Made by a program: the position numbers and the translations under genes
From: Anaeromyxobacter sp.
GTDB lineage: Bacteria > Myxococcota > Myxococcia > Myxococcales > Anaeromyxobacteraceae
Assembly: GCA_049840735.1 (NCBI GenBank)
Contig: JASGJN010000013.1
Location: 761,897-825,896, forward strand
Direction of reading: 5' to 3'
Length of the DNA: 64,000 nucleotides
Shown: one piece after another, positions 50,917-60,550 of the stretch
Position numbering within the stretch: the stretch's first letter is position 1
Layout: the number at the start of each line of letters is the position of its first letter
Notes under the pieces: model-generated
Databases searched by the model: none
The model's input: the letters and a program-made list of their open reading frames with translations, nothing else
What the model was told of the DNA's origin: nothing

Positions 50917-52220
50917 GCCAGCCGCTCCCGCAGGAGCGGCGCAGGCCGCGGGGCCTCCGCACCCACCGTGAAGGCGCGCTGCAGCCGGGCCACCACCGCG
51001 GCCTCCGGCTCGCTCCGCTCGCCGGCGTGCACCCGGCACAGCGGCTCGCCGCGCTCGACCGGATCGCCGAGCCGCTTGTGCACCACCAGCCCCACGCCCG
51101 GGTCCACCCGGTCCTCCACCCGCGCGCGGCCGGCGCCCAGCGCCACCGCCGCCAGCCCCACCGCCTCGGTGTCGACGGCCACCAGCCGCCCGGCGGCCGG
51201 CGCGGGCACGTCGTAGCCGCGCGGGGCGCGCGGGAGCCGCCCGCGGTCGCGCAGCGCGGCGGCGTCGCCCCCCTGCGCGCGGACGATCTCCTCCAGCTTG
51301 GCCAGCCCGCGCCCGCTGCGGATGGCCTCCTCCACCGCCGCCCGCGCGGCGGGCAGGTCCACCGCCGCGCCGCCCAGGAGCAGCATCTCGGCGGTCAGCT
51401 CCACCGTCAGCAGCCGCAGGTCCTCCGGGCCCCCGCCCTCCAGCAGGTCGAGGATCTCGGCCACCTCCAGCGCGTTGCCCACGGCGCGCCCGAGCGGCTG
51501 GTCCATGCCGGTCAGGAGCGCGGTGACCCGCTTGCCCATGGCCCGGCCGATGCCGGCCAGCGTCTCCGCCAGCGCGCGCGCGTCGGCCTCCCGCTTCATG
51601 AAGGCGCCGGAGCCGACCTTCACGTCCAGCACCAGCCCGTCGATCCCCTCGGCCAGCTTCTTGGACATGATCGAGGCGGAGATGAGCGGGATGGACTCGA
51701 CCGTGGCGGTGACGTCGCGCAGGGCGTAGAGCCGGCGGTCGGCGGGGGCCAGCCGCGCGGTCTGGCCGATCAGGCAGGCGCCCACGTCGCGCACCAGCGC
51801 CCGGAAGGTGTCCACCGGCAGGTCCACCCGGAAGCCGGGGATGGCCTCCAGCTTGTCGAGCGTGCCGCCGGTGTGGCCCAGGCCGCGCCCGGAGATCATG
51901 GGCACCTTCAGGCCGCAGGCGGCGGCCAGCGGCGCCAGGGCCAGGGAGACCTTGTCGCCCACGCCGCCGGTCGAGTGCTTGTCGATCTTGGGGCCGGGGA
52001 TGTCGGACAGGTCGAGCACGTCGCCGGAGCGGAGCATGGCCTCGGTCAGCGCCCGGACCTCGTCCCCATCCATGCCGCGGAAGAACACCGCCATGCAGAA
52101 GGCCGACATCTGGTACTCGGGGATCTCTCCCCGGGTGAACCCGTCGACGAGCTCCGCGATGGCGGCGGCCGGGACGGCGTGGCCGTCGCGTTTGCGGTGG
52201 ATGACCTCGTAGGCGCGCAC
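50913..52220 (-). CDS. pdp: Pyrimidine-nucleoside/thymidine phosphorylase
   Basis: DKHSTGGVGDK, SGRGLGHTGGTLDKLE, YALRDVTATV, SIMSKK. Confidence 0.95.
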   Translation of the reverse strand: MRAYEVIHRKRDGHAVPAAAIAELVDGFTRGEIPEYQMSAFCMAVFFRGMDGDEVRALTEAMLRSGDVLDLSDIPGPKIDKHSTGGVGDKVSLALAPLAAACGLKVPMISGRGLGHTGGTLDKLEAIPGFRVDLPVDTFRALVRDVGACLIGQTARLAPADRRLYALRDVTATVESIPLISASIMSKKLAEGIDGLVLDVKVGSGAFMKREADARALAETLAGIGRAMGKRVTALLTGMDQPLGRAVGNALEVAEILDLLEGGGPEDLRLLTVELTAEMLLLGGAAVDLPAARAAVEEAIRSGRGLAKLEEIVRAQGGDAAALRDRGRLPRAPRGYDVPAPAAGRLVAVDTEAVGLAAVALGAGRARVEDRVDPGVGLVVHKRLGDPVERGEPLCRVHAGERSEPEAAVVARLQRAFTVGAEAPRPAPLLRERLA

Positions 52221-52230
52221 GGTTCCCCTC

Positions 52231-52980
52231 TCAGCCCAGCCGCTCCAGGAGCTGGTCCTCGATCTCGGCGTCGGCGTGAACCGCCTGCACGTCGTCCTGG
52301 TCGTCGAGCAGCGCCAGCAGGCGCAGCAGGTGGGCCGCCTGCTCCGGATCGGTGACCTTCACGGTGTCGCGCGGGACGAAGGTGAGCTTGCGCGCGCCCA
52401 GCCGGAGGCCGCGCTGCTCCAGGCCGGTGGCCACGCCGTGCAGGTCCTCGGGGTGGGTGTCCACCTCGAAGCCGTCCGCGCCGTGGTCCACCACCTCCTC
52501 GGCGCCGGCGTCGATGGCGGCCTCGGTCACCTGGTCCTCGGTCGGCCCGGCCCGCACCTCGATGACGCCGCGCCGCTCGAACTTCCAGGCCACCGCCCCC
52601 ACGGCCGCCAGGTGGCCGCCGCCCTTGGAGAAGGCGGTGCGGATCTCGGTGGCGGTCCGGTTGGTGTTGTCGGTGAGGCACTCGACGATCAGGGCCACGC
52701 CGGCGGGGCCGTAGCCCTCGTAGTGCACCTCGTCGTAGTGCACGCCCTCCAGCTCGCCGGTCCCCTTCTTCACCGCCCGCGCGATGTTGTCGGCGGGCAT
52801 GTTGGCCTCCTTGGCCGCGTCCATGGCGGCGCGGAGGCGGGCGTTGCCGGCGGGATCGCCGCCGCCCATCCTGGCCGCGACGGTGATCTCCTTGATCAGC
52901 TTGGTGAAGAGCTTGCCCTTGGAGGCGCCCATCGCCTCCTTCTTGTGCTTGATCTTGGACCAGCGGTTGTGGCCGGACAT
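52231..52980 (-). CDS. yebC: YebC/PmpR family protein
   Basis: MSGHNRWSKIKHKK, YEGYGPAG, TDNTNRT, DDVQAV. Confidence 0.95.
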   Translation of the reverse strand: MSGHNRWSKIKHKKEAMGASKGKLFTKLIKEITVAARMGGGDPAGNARLRAAMDAAKEANMPADNIARAVKKGTGELEGVHYDEVHYEGYGPAGVALIVECLTDNTNRTATEIRTAFSKGGGHLAAVGAVAWKFERRGVIEVRAGPTEDQVTEAAIDAGAEEVVDHGADGFEVDTHPEDLHGVATGLEQRGLRLGARKLTFVPRDTVKVTDPEQAAHLLRLLALLDDQDDVQAVHADAEIEDQLLERLG

Positions 52981-53088
52981 GGCGGGTGGCCTCCCGGGGC
53001 GGCGCCGCGCGGCCGCCTCTCGTGCCGGGTTAGCACGCCCGGGGGAGGGCCTCAAGGCGCGGGGTGGGGCGTCTCATGGGCAGCGCGA

Positions 53089-53472
53089 TCACCAGATGAT
53101 CGACTCGACCAGCTCGTCGATGAGGTCGCCCAGGCGGTCGATGCCGTGGGACTTGGAGAGGTACCCGTCGGCCCCGGCCTGCTCGGCCACCGTCGCCAGC
53201 TCCTCGTCCGGCTTGGAGCTGAACAGGATGATGGGGATCTTCTCGGTGTGGAAGTCCTGCTTGAGCGTGCGGACGATGTCCTTGCCCGAGACGTCCGGCA
53301 TCATCAGGTCGGTGAGGATCACGTCGGGCTGGAAGGCCGCGAGCTGCGCCTCGAACTCCAGGAGGTTCCCGGCCACCGAGACGGCGTAGCCGCGCTCCTC
53401 GAGCACGGCCTTCTCCATCTCGAGCGTGATGGCCGAGTCGTCGAGCAGCAGGATGCGCTTCTGCTCTGGCAT
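53089..53472 (-). CDS. frzX: Single-domain response regulator, FrzX-like
   Basis: ILLLDDSAITLEMEKAVLE, ILTDLMMP, IILFSS, ADGYLSK, IDELVESIIW; resembles M. xanthus FrzX as I recall it; directly after the CheR-TPR gene. Confidence 0.65.
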   Translation of the reverse strand: MPEQKRILLLDDSAITLEMEKAVLEERGYAVSVAGNLLEFEAQLAAFQPDVILTDLMMPDVSGKDIVRTLKQDFHTEKIPIILFSSKPDEELATVAEQAGADGYLSKSHGIDRLGDLIDELVESIIW

Positions 53473-53480
53473 GATCCCGC

Positions 53481-54992
53481 TCACAGCGCCCTCAGTGCGT
53501 ACTCGGCGGCCCGGGCGAACGCGCCGCCGTCCTCGGGGATGTCCGGATAGTAACCGAGGAAGGCCTGCCGTTTCCCGTCCGGACGACGCTGGTGGGCGTC
53601 GATGGCGTTCCGGTAGGCCAGGCGGGCCCGGTCGAGGTCCTTCTGGGCCTCCCGGCAGCGCCCAAGGTAATAGTGACCCAGCGCGAGGTCCGGGTCGAGG
53701 AAGAGGGCGCGGGAGAGCTCCTGGGCGGCCGCCTCCACCTCCTCGGAGCTGAGCAGGTGGATGCCGTAGAACAGGTGGGCCTCGGCGCAGAGCGGCTCCA
53801 GCGCCAGCGCGGCCTGGTAGCTGGCCTTCGCCTGGTCCGGCTGCCGGAGCACGCCGTACAGGTTGGCCAGCGTCAGCCGCACCGCCAGGTCCTCCCCGCC
53901 CTTCTCCAGCTGCCGCTCCAGCAGCTCCCGCGCGGCGCCGAAGCGGCCGTCGGAGAAGAGCGCCACCGCGCCGTCCAGGAACTCCTGCGGCGCCAGCGGC
54001 GGGTCCACGCGCGGCGCCGGGACGCTGCGCGGCGCAGGCATGGGCGGCGGCGCGGGCGGCAGGGTCACGTGCTTCACCGCCGGCGGTGCCGCCGGGACCG
54101 GGACCATGCGCGGGCGCGCCTGGGCGGCGGGGATGGAGCGGGCGGCGCCCGGCCCCTCGGGCCGGCGGTAGAGGAACGCGCCGGCCACCTCGGTCAGCTC
54201 GAAGCCCTCGAAGATCCGGAAGAGCGACTCGGAGTAGCCCAGGAACAGGTAGCCCCCGGGCGCCAGCGCCTCGTGGAAGGCCGAGAGCACCTGCTGCGTG
54301 GTGGGCGTGTCGAAGTAGATGATGACGTTGCGGCAGAAGATGAGGTCCCAGGGGCCGTCGGCGGCGCGCGGGACGGAGGCCGAGACCAGGTTGTGCGGCC
54401 GGATGGCGGTGATGAGCCGCCTGAGCGAGGCGCGCACGTGGAAGCGGGCGCCCTCCCCCGCCACGTCCTCCCGGTCGAAGTGGCGCCCCAGCAGCGCGGC
54501 CGGGATCTCGCGCACGCGGCGAGCCTCGTAGGAGCCGCGGGCGGCGAAGGCCACCGCCTCCGGGTTGACGTCGGTGGCCAGCAGCTCCAGGTCCTCCGGG
54601 CGCGCGCCAGCCTCGACGGCCGACATGGCGATCGAGTACGGCTCCTCGCCGGTGGCGCACCCGGCCGACCAGATGGCGACCCGCCGCCCGCCGCCCTGCG
54701 CGCGCTCCAGCAGGCCGGGCAGGAGCGCCGAGAGCGCCTGGAACTGGCGGTCGTCGCGGAAGAAGGAGGTCTTGCCCACCGTCACCAGCGGCAGCAGCAG
54801 GCGCAGCTCGTCGTCGCCGGCCGCGGAGCGGAGCAGGGCCAGGTAGCGGGTCACCTCGCCGCCGCGCTCCTCCAGCCGCGCCGCGATGGCGATGCGCAGG
54901 GCGGTGAAGCCGTCGGGGCGGATGTTGAGCCCCACCCGCTCCTTCAGCACGGCGGCGACCTCGGCCAGCTGCTCGGCGGAGACGGGCCTCAT
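53481..54992 (-). CDS. frzF: CheR methyltransferase with TPR domain, FrzF-like
   Basis: VTVGKTSFFRD, WSAGCATGEEPYS, DLIFCRNVIIYF, GYSESL, C-terminal TPRs. Confidence 0.9.
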   Translation of the reverse strand: MRPVSAEQLAEVAAVLKERVGLNIRPDGFTALRIAIAARLEERGGEVTRYLALLRSAAGDDELRLLLPLVTVGKTSFFRDDRQFQALSALLPGLLERAQGGGRRVAIWSAGCATGEEPYSIAMSAVEAGARPEDLELLATDVNPEAVAFAARGSYEARRVREIPAALLGRHFDREDVAGEGARFHVRASLRRLITAIRPHNLVSASVPRAADGPWDLIFCRNVIIYFDTPTTQQVLSAFHEALAPGGYLFLGYSESLFRIFEGFELTEVAGAFLYRRPEGPGAARSIPAAQARPRMVPVPAAPPAVKHVTLPPAPPPMPAPRSVPAPRVDPPLAPQEFLDGAVALFSDGRFGAARELLERQLEKGGEDLAVRLTLANLYGVLRQPDQAKASYQAALALEPLCAEAHLFYGIHLLSSEEVEAAAQELSRALFLDPDLALGHYYLGRCREAQKDLDRARLAYRNAIDAHQRRPDGKRQAFLGYYPDIPEDGGAFARAAEYALRAL

Positions 54993-56023
54993 CGCACCAG
55001 CTCCAGCAGCGCCCGGGGGATCTCGTCGAGGGGCAGCACGCGGTCGGCCGCGCCCAGCTCGATGGCGGCGCGGGGCATGCCGAAGACGGCGCTGGTGGCC
55101 TCGTCCTGCACCAGCGTGGTGCCGCCGGCGTCCTTGATCAGCTTGAGGCCGTCGGCGCCGTCCCGGCCCATGCCGGTGAGGAGCACGCCGCAGCAGCGGC
55201 GGCCGTAGTGGCGCGCCGCGGAGGTGAAGAGCGGGGTCACCGAGGGCTTGAAGGTGTCGACCGGCGGGGCGTCGGAGAAGTGGGCCGCGCCGCGGGTGAC
55301 CACCAGGTGCGTGCCGCTGGGCGCCAGCACCACGCGCCCCGGGCGCAGCGTCTGGCCGTCGCGCGCCTCCACCACCTGCAGCGAGCACTCCTGCGCCAGC
55401 CAGCCTGCCAGGCCGCCGGTGAAGCCGTCGGCGATGTGCTGCACCACCGCCACCGGCACCGGGAAGGTGGGCGGCAGCCCGCGCAGCAGCGCGGCCAGCG
55501 CCCGCGGCCCGCCCAGCGAGGCGCCCACCACCACCAGCTCCAGCGGCGCCGGCGGTCGCGGCCCGGCGGCCCGCCGCTCGCGCAGGCCGCGCGGGTGGCG
55601 GATCACCTTCACGCCGGCCAAGAGCCGCAGCCGGCTGCGCAGCAGGTGCCCGTACTCCTCCAGGTCGGCGTCGGCGCGCGGCTTCTCCAGGATGTCCAGC
55701 GCGCCCAGCGAGAGGGCGCGGAACCCGACCGCCTCGGTGGGGTTGGCGGTGAGGACCAGGATGGGCGTGGGGGTCTCCGCCATGATCCGCGCGATGCCCG
55801 CGAAGCCGTCCGCGTCGGGCATGTTGAGGTCCATGGTGATGACGTCCGGCCGGAGGCGCTGGGCCAGGGACGCGGCCTGGTCGCCGTCGCGGGCCACCGC
55901 CACGACCTCGTAGCCGGGGTCGCCGGCCACCACCGTCGAGAGCAGCTCGCGGAACAGCTCGGAGTCGTCGGCGACGAGGACCCGGACCGGCCGCTCGGGC
56001 GCGCTCAGGCCGGGGTCCCGCAC
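54989..56023 (-). CDS. frzG: CheB methylesterase, FrzG-like
   Basis: Receiver (ADDS, MDLNMP) plus GASLGG, QHI and LTGMGRDG catalytic motifs. Confidence 0.9.
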   Translation of the reverse strand: MRDPGLSAPERPVRVLVADDSELFRELLSTVVAGDPGYEVVAVARDGDQAASLAQRLRPDVITMDLNMPDADGFAGIARIMAETPTPILVLTANPTEAVGFRALSLGALDILEKPRADADLEEYGHLLRSRLRLLAGVKVIRHPRGLRERRAAGPRPPAPLELVVVGASLGGPRALAALLRGLPPTFPVPVAVVQHIADGFTGGLAGWLAQECSLQVVEARDGQTLRPGRVVLAPSGTHLVVTRGAAHFSDAPPVDTFKPSVTPLFTSAARHYGRRCCGVLLTGMGRDGADGLKLIKDAGGTTLVQDEATSAVFGMPRAAIELGAADRVLPLDEIPRALLELVR

Positions 56024-58266
56024 AGCCGCTCCAGCGTCGTGGCGAGCCGGTCCGCGTCCAGCTCGCCCTTCACGAGATAGGCGTCCGCGCCGGCGTCCAC
56101 GCCGCGGCGGCGCTCCTCGGGGGCGGAGAGCGAGGAGAGGATCACGATGGGCAGCTTCACGAACCGGCCGGTCCCCTTCACGCGGCGGGTGAGGTCGATG
56201 CCGTCCAGGACGGGCATCTGCACGTCGGTGACCAGCAGGTTGTAGGCGCCCTTCTGCAGCTTCTCCCAGCCGTCCTCGCCGTCCACCGCCTCCTCCACCT
56301 CGTGGCCCAAAGAGCGGAGCAGCGCCGCCTCGGCCTCGCGGGCGATGGCGCTGTCGTCCACCAGCAGGATCTTGAGGCGGCGGTGATCGCTCCCGCGCAC
56401 CAGGGCCGGCGAGGCCAGCCGCCGCGCGGCCGAGACGATGTCCGGCGTGGAGAGCAGCAGGGCCACCCGCCCGTCCTCCAGCGCCGCGGCGCCGGTGACG
56501 AAGCGGAACCCCTTGAGGAACGCGCCCGGCGCCTTGACCGCCACCTCGCGCTCGCCGGACAGGCCGTCCACCACCACCGCGGCCCCCTCGGAGCCGTGCC
56601 AGACGTAGGCCACCAGCGGCCGCTTGGTGCGGGGGCCGCCGTTGAGCGAGAGGAGCGGCCCCAGCGCCACCACCGGCATGAGCCGGTTGCGGTAGCGGAC
56701 GGCGCGGATGCCGGCCACCTCGGTGATGTCCTTGGGCTCGAGCCGCCCCACGCTGTCCACGTCCACCGCCGGCAGCCCGTAGATGTCCTCGTCGATCCGG
56801 ACCAGGAGCACCTTCATCAGGGACAGCGACTGCGGCATGCGCAGCGTGAAGCGCGAGCCCTTGCCCGGCTCGGACTCCACCGTCACCGAGCCGCCCAGCG
56901 CGGTGACGCGCTTGCGGACCACGTCCAGCCCCACCCCGCGCCCGCTGCCCTCGTCGGCGGAGGTGCGGGTGGAGAAGCCTGGCAGGAAGATCAGGTCGTT
57001 GGCGGCGCGGGTGGAGAGGCCGGCGGCCTGCTGCTCGCCGATGATCCCCTTGCGCAGCGCGGCCGCGCGGACCGCGGCCGGGTCGATGCCGCGGCCGTCG
57101 TCCTCGACCGTGATGGCGAGCTGGTCACCGTCGGTCCGGGCGGAGATGCTGATGACGCCGGCGCGCGGCTTGCCGGCGGCCTCGCGCTCGGCGGGCGCCT
57201 CGATGCCGTGGTGGATCGAGTTGCGGACCAGGTGCACCAGCGGATCGTTGAGCGAGAGCAGGATGGCCTTGTCCACCCCGGTCTCGCCGCCCCGGGCCAC
57301 GCACTCGACCTCCTTGCCCTCCTCGCGGGCCAGGTCGCGCGCGGCGCGCGGGAAGGCGGCCAGCACGCCGGAGAGCGGGATCAGCCGCGCGTCGTTGACC
57401 CGCTCGGCCAGCTGCGCGAACTGCGAGTGGGCGGTGGAGGCCGCCTCGCTCTGCATGCGGGCGTAGCGGAAGGTGTCGGAGCGGAGCAGGTGGACGTCGC
57501 CCTCAATCTGCTCCACCAGCCGGCCGTTCTTGCCGTCGCGCAGCCGCTCCGCCAGCGCGATGATCCGGTCGGAGAGGCTGGCCCAGCGGCCGAACAGGCC
57601 GTTCAGGTCCTTGGTCCGGCGGATGGCGCGTGCGCCCTCCACCAGCACGTCGCCGGCCAGGGTGGCGATCTCGTCCAGCCGGTCCACGTCCACGCGGATG
57701 GACGCGGTCGGCCGGTCGCCCTTCACCTGCAGCGCGGCCCGGGCGCCGGCGCCGGCCGGCCGGGCCGCGGCGGAGGGCGCGGGCGTCAGGGCCGGGGCGG
57801 GCGCGGCGCGGGCCGCAGGCGGGGCCGGGGCAGGGGCCGGGGCCGCGGCAGCCGGCGCGGGGACGGCCGGGGCGGTGGCCGCGCCGGAGGCGTCGCCGGC
57901 GAGCAGGCCCCGCAGCCGCTCGGTCAGCCGCTGCGCGACCTCGCCGCCGTCGAGCGGCGCGTCGATGAGCGGCACGATGGCGTCGCACATCTCCAGGAGC
58001 GGCTGGACCCGGTCACCCACCGCGGTCTCGGGCAGGCTCTTGAAGAGGTCCTCCGCCGCGTGGACCACGGTGGAGATGCCGGCGAACCCCATCATCCGCG
58101 CCTCGCCCTTGAGCGTGTGGAGCTCGCGGGTCAGCTCCAGCCGGACCTCGGGCGAGGCGGTGCCGCGCTCCAGCTCGAGCAGGGCGGACGACATCTTCTC
58201 GACGCGATCCGCGCATGTCTCCCGGAACCGGGGGAGCAGCTTCTTGCGGATCTCTTCGTTGGCCAT
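56005..58266 (-). CDS. frzE: Hybrid CheA-CheY kinase, FrzE-like
   Basis: HPT RELHTLKGEARMMG, PLVHLVRN, DDGRG, FLPGFST, GRGVGLDVV, CheW domain and C-terminal receiver. Confidence 0.9.
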   Translation of the reverse strand: MANEEIRKKLLPRFRETCADRVEKMSSALLELERGTASPEVRLELTRELHTLKGEARMMGFAGISTVVHAAEDLFKSLPETAVGDRVQPLLEMCDAIVPLIDAPLDGGEVAQRLTERLRGLLAGDASGAATAPAVPAPAAAAPAPAPAPPAARAAPAPALTPAPSAAARPAGAGARAALQVKGDRPTASIRVDVDRLDEIATLAGDVLVEGARAIRRTKDLNGLFGRWASLSDRIIALAERLRDGKNGRLVEQIEGDVHLLRSDTFRYARMQSEAASTAHSQFAQLAERVNDARLIPLSGVLAAFPRAARDLAREEGKEVECVARGGETGVDKAILLSLNDPLVHLVRNSIHHGIEAPAEREAAGKPRAGVISISARTDGDQLAITVEDDGRGIDPAAVRAAALRKGIIGEQQAAGLSTRAANDLIFLPGFSTRTSADEGSGRGVGLDVVRKRVTALGGSVTVESEPGKGSRFTLRMPQSLSLMKVLLVRIDEDIYGLPAVDVDSVGRLEPKDITEVAGIRAVRYRNRLMPVVALGPLLSLNGGPRTKRPLVAYVWHGSEGAAVVVDGLSGEREVAVKAPGAFLKGFRFVTGAAALEDGRVALLLSTPDIVSAARRLASPALVRGSDHRRLKILLVDDSAIAREAEAALLRSLGHEVEEAVDGEDGWEKLQKGAYNLLVTDVQMPVLDGIDLTRRVKGTGRFVKLPIVILSSLSAPEERRRGVDAGADAYLVKGELDADRLATTLERLCGTPA

Positions 58267-58302
58267 GGCGGGCGGGGGCGCGGCGCTGGAGGGCCTCTTC
58301 GC

Positions 58303-59542
58303 CTACTCGACCTTGAACCGCTTCACCAGGTCCGCCAGCCGCTCCGCCAGCTTGGTCAGCTCGGCGGCCGCGCCCGTGGCCTGCTTCGACCCGGTCTGCG
58401 CCTGGCGGGTGACCTCCTCGATCTCCGACATGGACTGCACGACCTGCTCGGTGGCGGTCCGCTGCTGCTGCGTGGCCAGGTGGATGACCCGGGCGGCGTC
58501 GCTGGTCTCCTGGATGCCGGAGAGGATGCCGGACACGCTGGACATGGCGTTGGAGCCCAGCTTCTCGCCCTCGCTGGCCTCGCGCTTGTTGCCGTCCGAC
58601 GCCTCCTTGGCGGCGTGGGTGGCCTCGCGGATCTCGGTGATGAGGTTCTTGATCTCCTTGGTGGACTCCATCACGTTCTCGGCCAGCCGACGCATCTCGG
58701 CCGCCACGATGGAGAAGCCGCGCCCGGCCTCGCCTGCCTTGGCGCCCTCCAGCGCCGCGTTGAGCGCCAGCAGGTCGGAGCGGTCGGCGATCTCGTCGAT
58801 GACCTCGACCACCGTGCCAATCCGCTCCACGCGCTTGGAAAGCTTGGCGATGGCGTCGTCCACCTCGACCGCGTTGTGGCGGACCTTCTCCATCGAGGTC
58901 ATGAAGGACTTGATGGCGCCCTCGCCCTGGCGCGCGCCGGAGAGCGTCTGCTCGGCGATGGCCGCCACCATCTGCGCGTTCTCCGCAGATCTGGTGGGAG
59001 GCGCCCTTCAGCTCCTCCATGGTGGCGGTGGTCTCGTGGATGGCCGTGGCCTGCGCGCTGGTGGAGGACTCGTTCTGCGTGGCCGCGGCCAGCACCTCGG
59101 CCGAGGAGGTGGAGAGCTGGAGCGCCGCCTCGCGGATCTCGTGCACGAACTTCTTCAGCGTCTCCATCACCTGGCCGATGCCGGCCACCAGCGGCGTGAG
59201 GGCCGCGTCGCCCACCGCCAGCCGCAGGCTGCCGGAGAGGTCGCCCTGGATCACCAGGCGGACCATGGCCTCGATGGCCTCGTCCACGCCGGCGGTGACG
59301 AGCTGCACGCGCTGGCGCGCGTCCCGCAGCTCGGCCTGGGCCTTGCCGGCCGCCAGGTTGGCCTGCTCGGCCACGGCGCGGAGCGCCGGGTCGGCGAAGT
59401 TGGCCACCTCGACGCGCTCCTCGAACCTGCCCTGCGTGAGCGCCTCCAGGAAGGCGACGAGCTTGGCGGCCTCGCCCTTGGGGGCGCGGCCCTTGTTCGG
59501 CTGGGCAGGGGACGCTTCGTCGAGGTCGAACGTGTCGGACAT
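58303..59542 (-). CDS. frzCD: Cytoplasmic methyl-accepting chemotaxis protein, FrzCD-like (frameshift ~58987)
   Basis: No TM segment; HAMP-like segments; IADRSDLLALNAALEGAKAGEAGRGFSIVAAEMRRLAE signalling tip. Confidence 0.88.
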
Positions 59543-59558
59543 CGGAGGGCCTCTCGGT

Positions 59559-59954
59559 TCAGGAGGGGTTGGGCCGCGCGTCGCCGGGGCGCTCGCGCAG
59601 CAGCTCGGGGAGATCGACGAGCGGCATGGGGGCCTCGTCCAGCAGCACCACGCCGGTGACGGCCTGCGAGCGGACCACGGCGGCCGCGAAGGCGGGGAGC
59701 GGCTGCAGGTCCTCGTCCTCGACCGCGCGCACGCCCAGCACCGCGTCCACCACCAGCGTGCGGTACTCGTCGGCGCCGGTCTGCACCACGATGCCGCGCA
59801 GGTGCGTGAAGGGCAGGCCCAGCGCCGTCTCGCGGACCAGCTCCTCCTCGGGCTGGTCGCGCACGGCGCCGATCTCGAACGCGTCGCGGACCTGGGCGGC
59901 GTAGACGCCCATGCCCACCTGGAAGACCAGCAGCTGTGCGGCCGCCTCGCTCAA
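59559..59954 (-). CDS. frzB: Truncated CheW-like protein, FrzB-like
   Basis: LLVFQVG..YAA, TLVVDAVLGV, LQPLPAF, MPLVDL; between cheW and the MCP. Confidence 0.75.
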   Translation of the reverse strand: MSEAAAQLLVFQVGMGVYAAQVRDAFEIGAVRDQPEEELVRETALGLPFTHLRGIVVQTGADEYRTLVVDAVLGVRAVEDEDLQPLPAFAAAVVRSQAVTGVVLLDEAPMPLVDLPELLRERPGDARPNPS

Positions 59955-60448
59955 GCCGGGCCGCCCCCGCGGGCACCGCCCGCGCGCGCGCCGCCTCGAC
60001 CAGCCGCGGCATGTCCAGGATGGCGACGGCGCCGCGCGGATCCTGCGCCACGCCGGAGAGGAACTCGGCCACGCCGGTGAACTCGGCCGGCGGCGGCTCC
60101 AGCGCGCGGCGCGGGATGCCCACCAGCCCCTCCACCGCGTCGCTCACCACCGCCACCTTCCACGGGCCGCAGTGCACGATGGCCGCGCGGCTGGAGGAGC
60201 GGATGGGGATGGGGCCGTGGCCGACCAGCTGCCCGATGTCGAGCACCGGCAGCACCTCACCACGGTGGGTGAACACGCCGGGGAGGAACGCCGGCGCCGC
60301 GGGCAGCCGGGTGAGGGGGCCGATGCGCACCACCTCGGTGACCAGCGCCGCCTCGAACGCGTACCGCCCGCCCAGCATGCGGAGGCAGAAGAACCACGCC
60401 TCCGGCCCGCGCTGGGCCGCGTCGCCTCGCCTCGAATCTTCCGGCCAT
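59951..60448 (-). CDS. frzA: CheW, FrzA-like (frameshifts at 60434 and in the G-run ~59967)
   Basis: LTRLPAAPAFLPGVFTHRGEVLPVLD; removing one base at 60434-60438 puts ATG 60448 in frame; corrected stop overlaps the frzB TTG. Confidence 0.85.
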
Positions 60449-60550
60449 CGGATCCCACATGCGCGGGAGGATTATCCGCGAGCACGGGACAGGGGGGCAA
60501 GTCGCGCGCCCGACCGGACGGTGCTATTTATCGGTATCGAGAGGCGCGAC

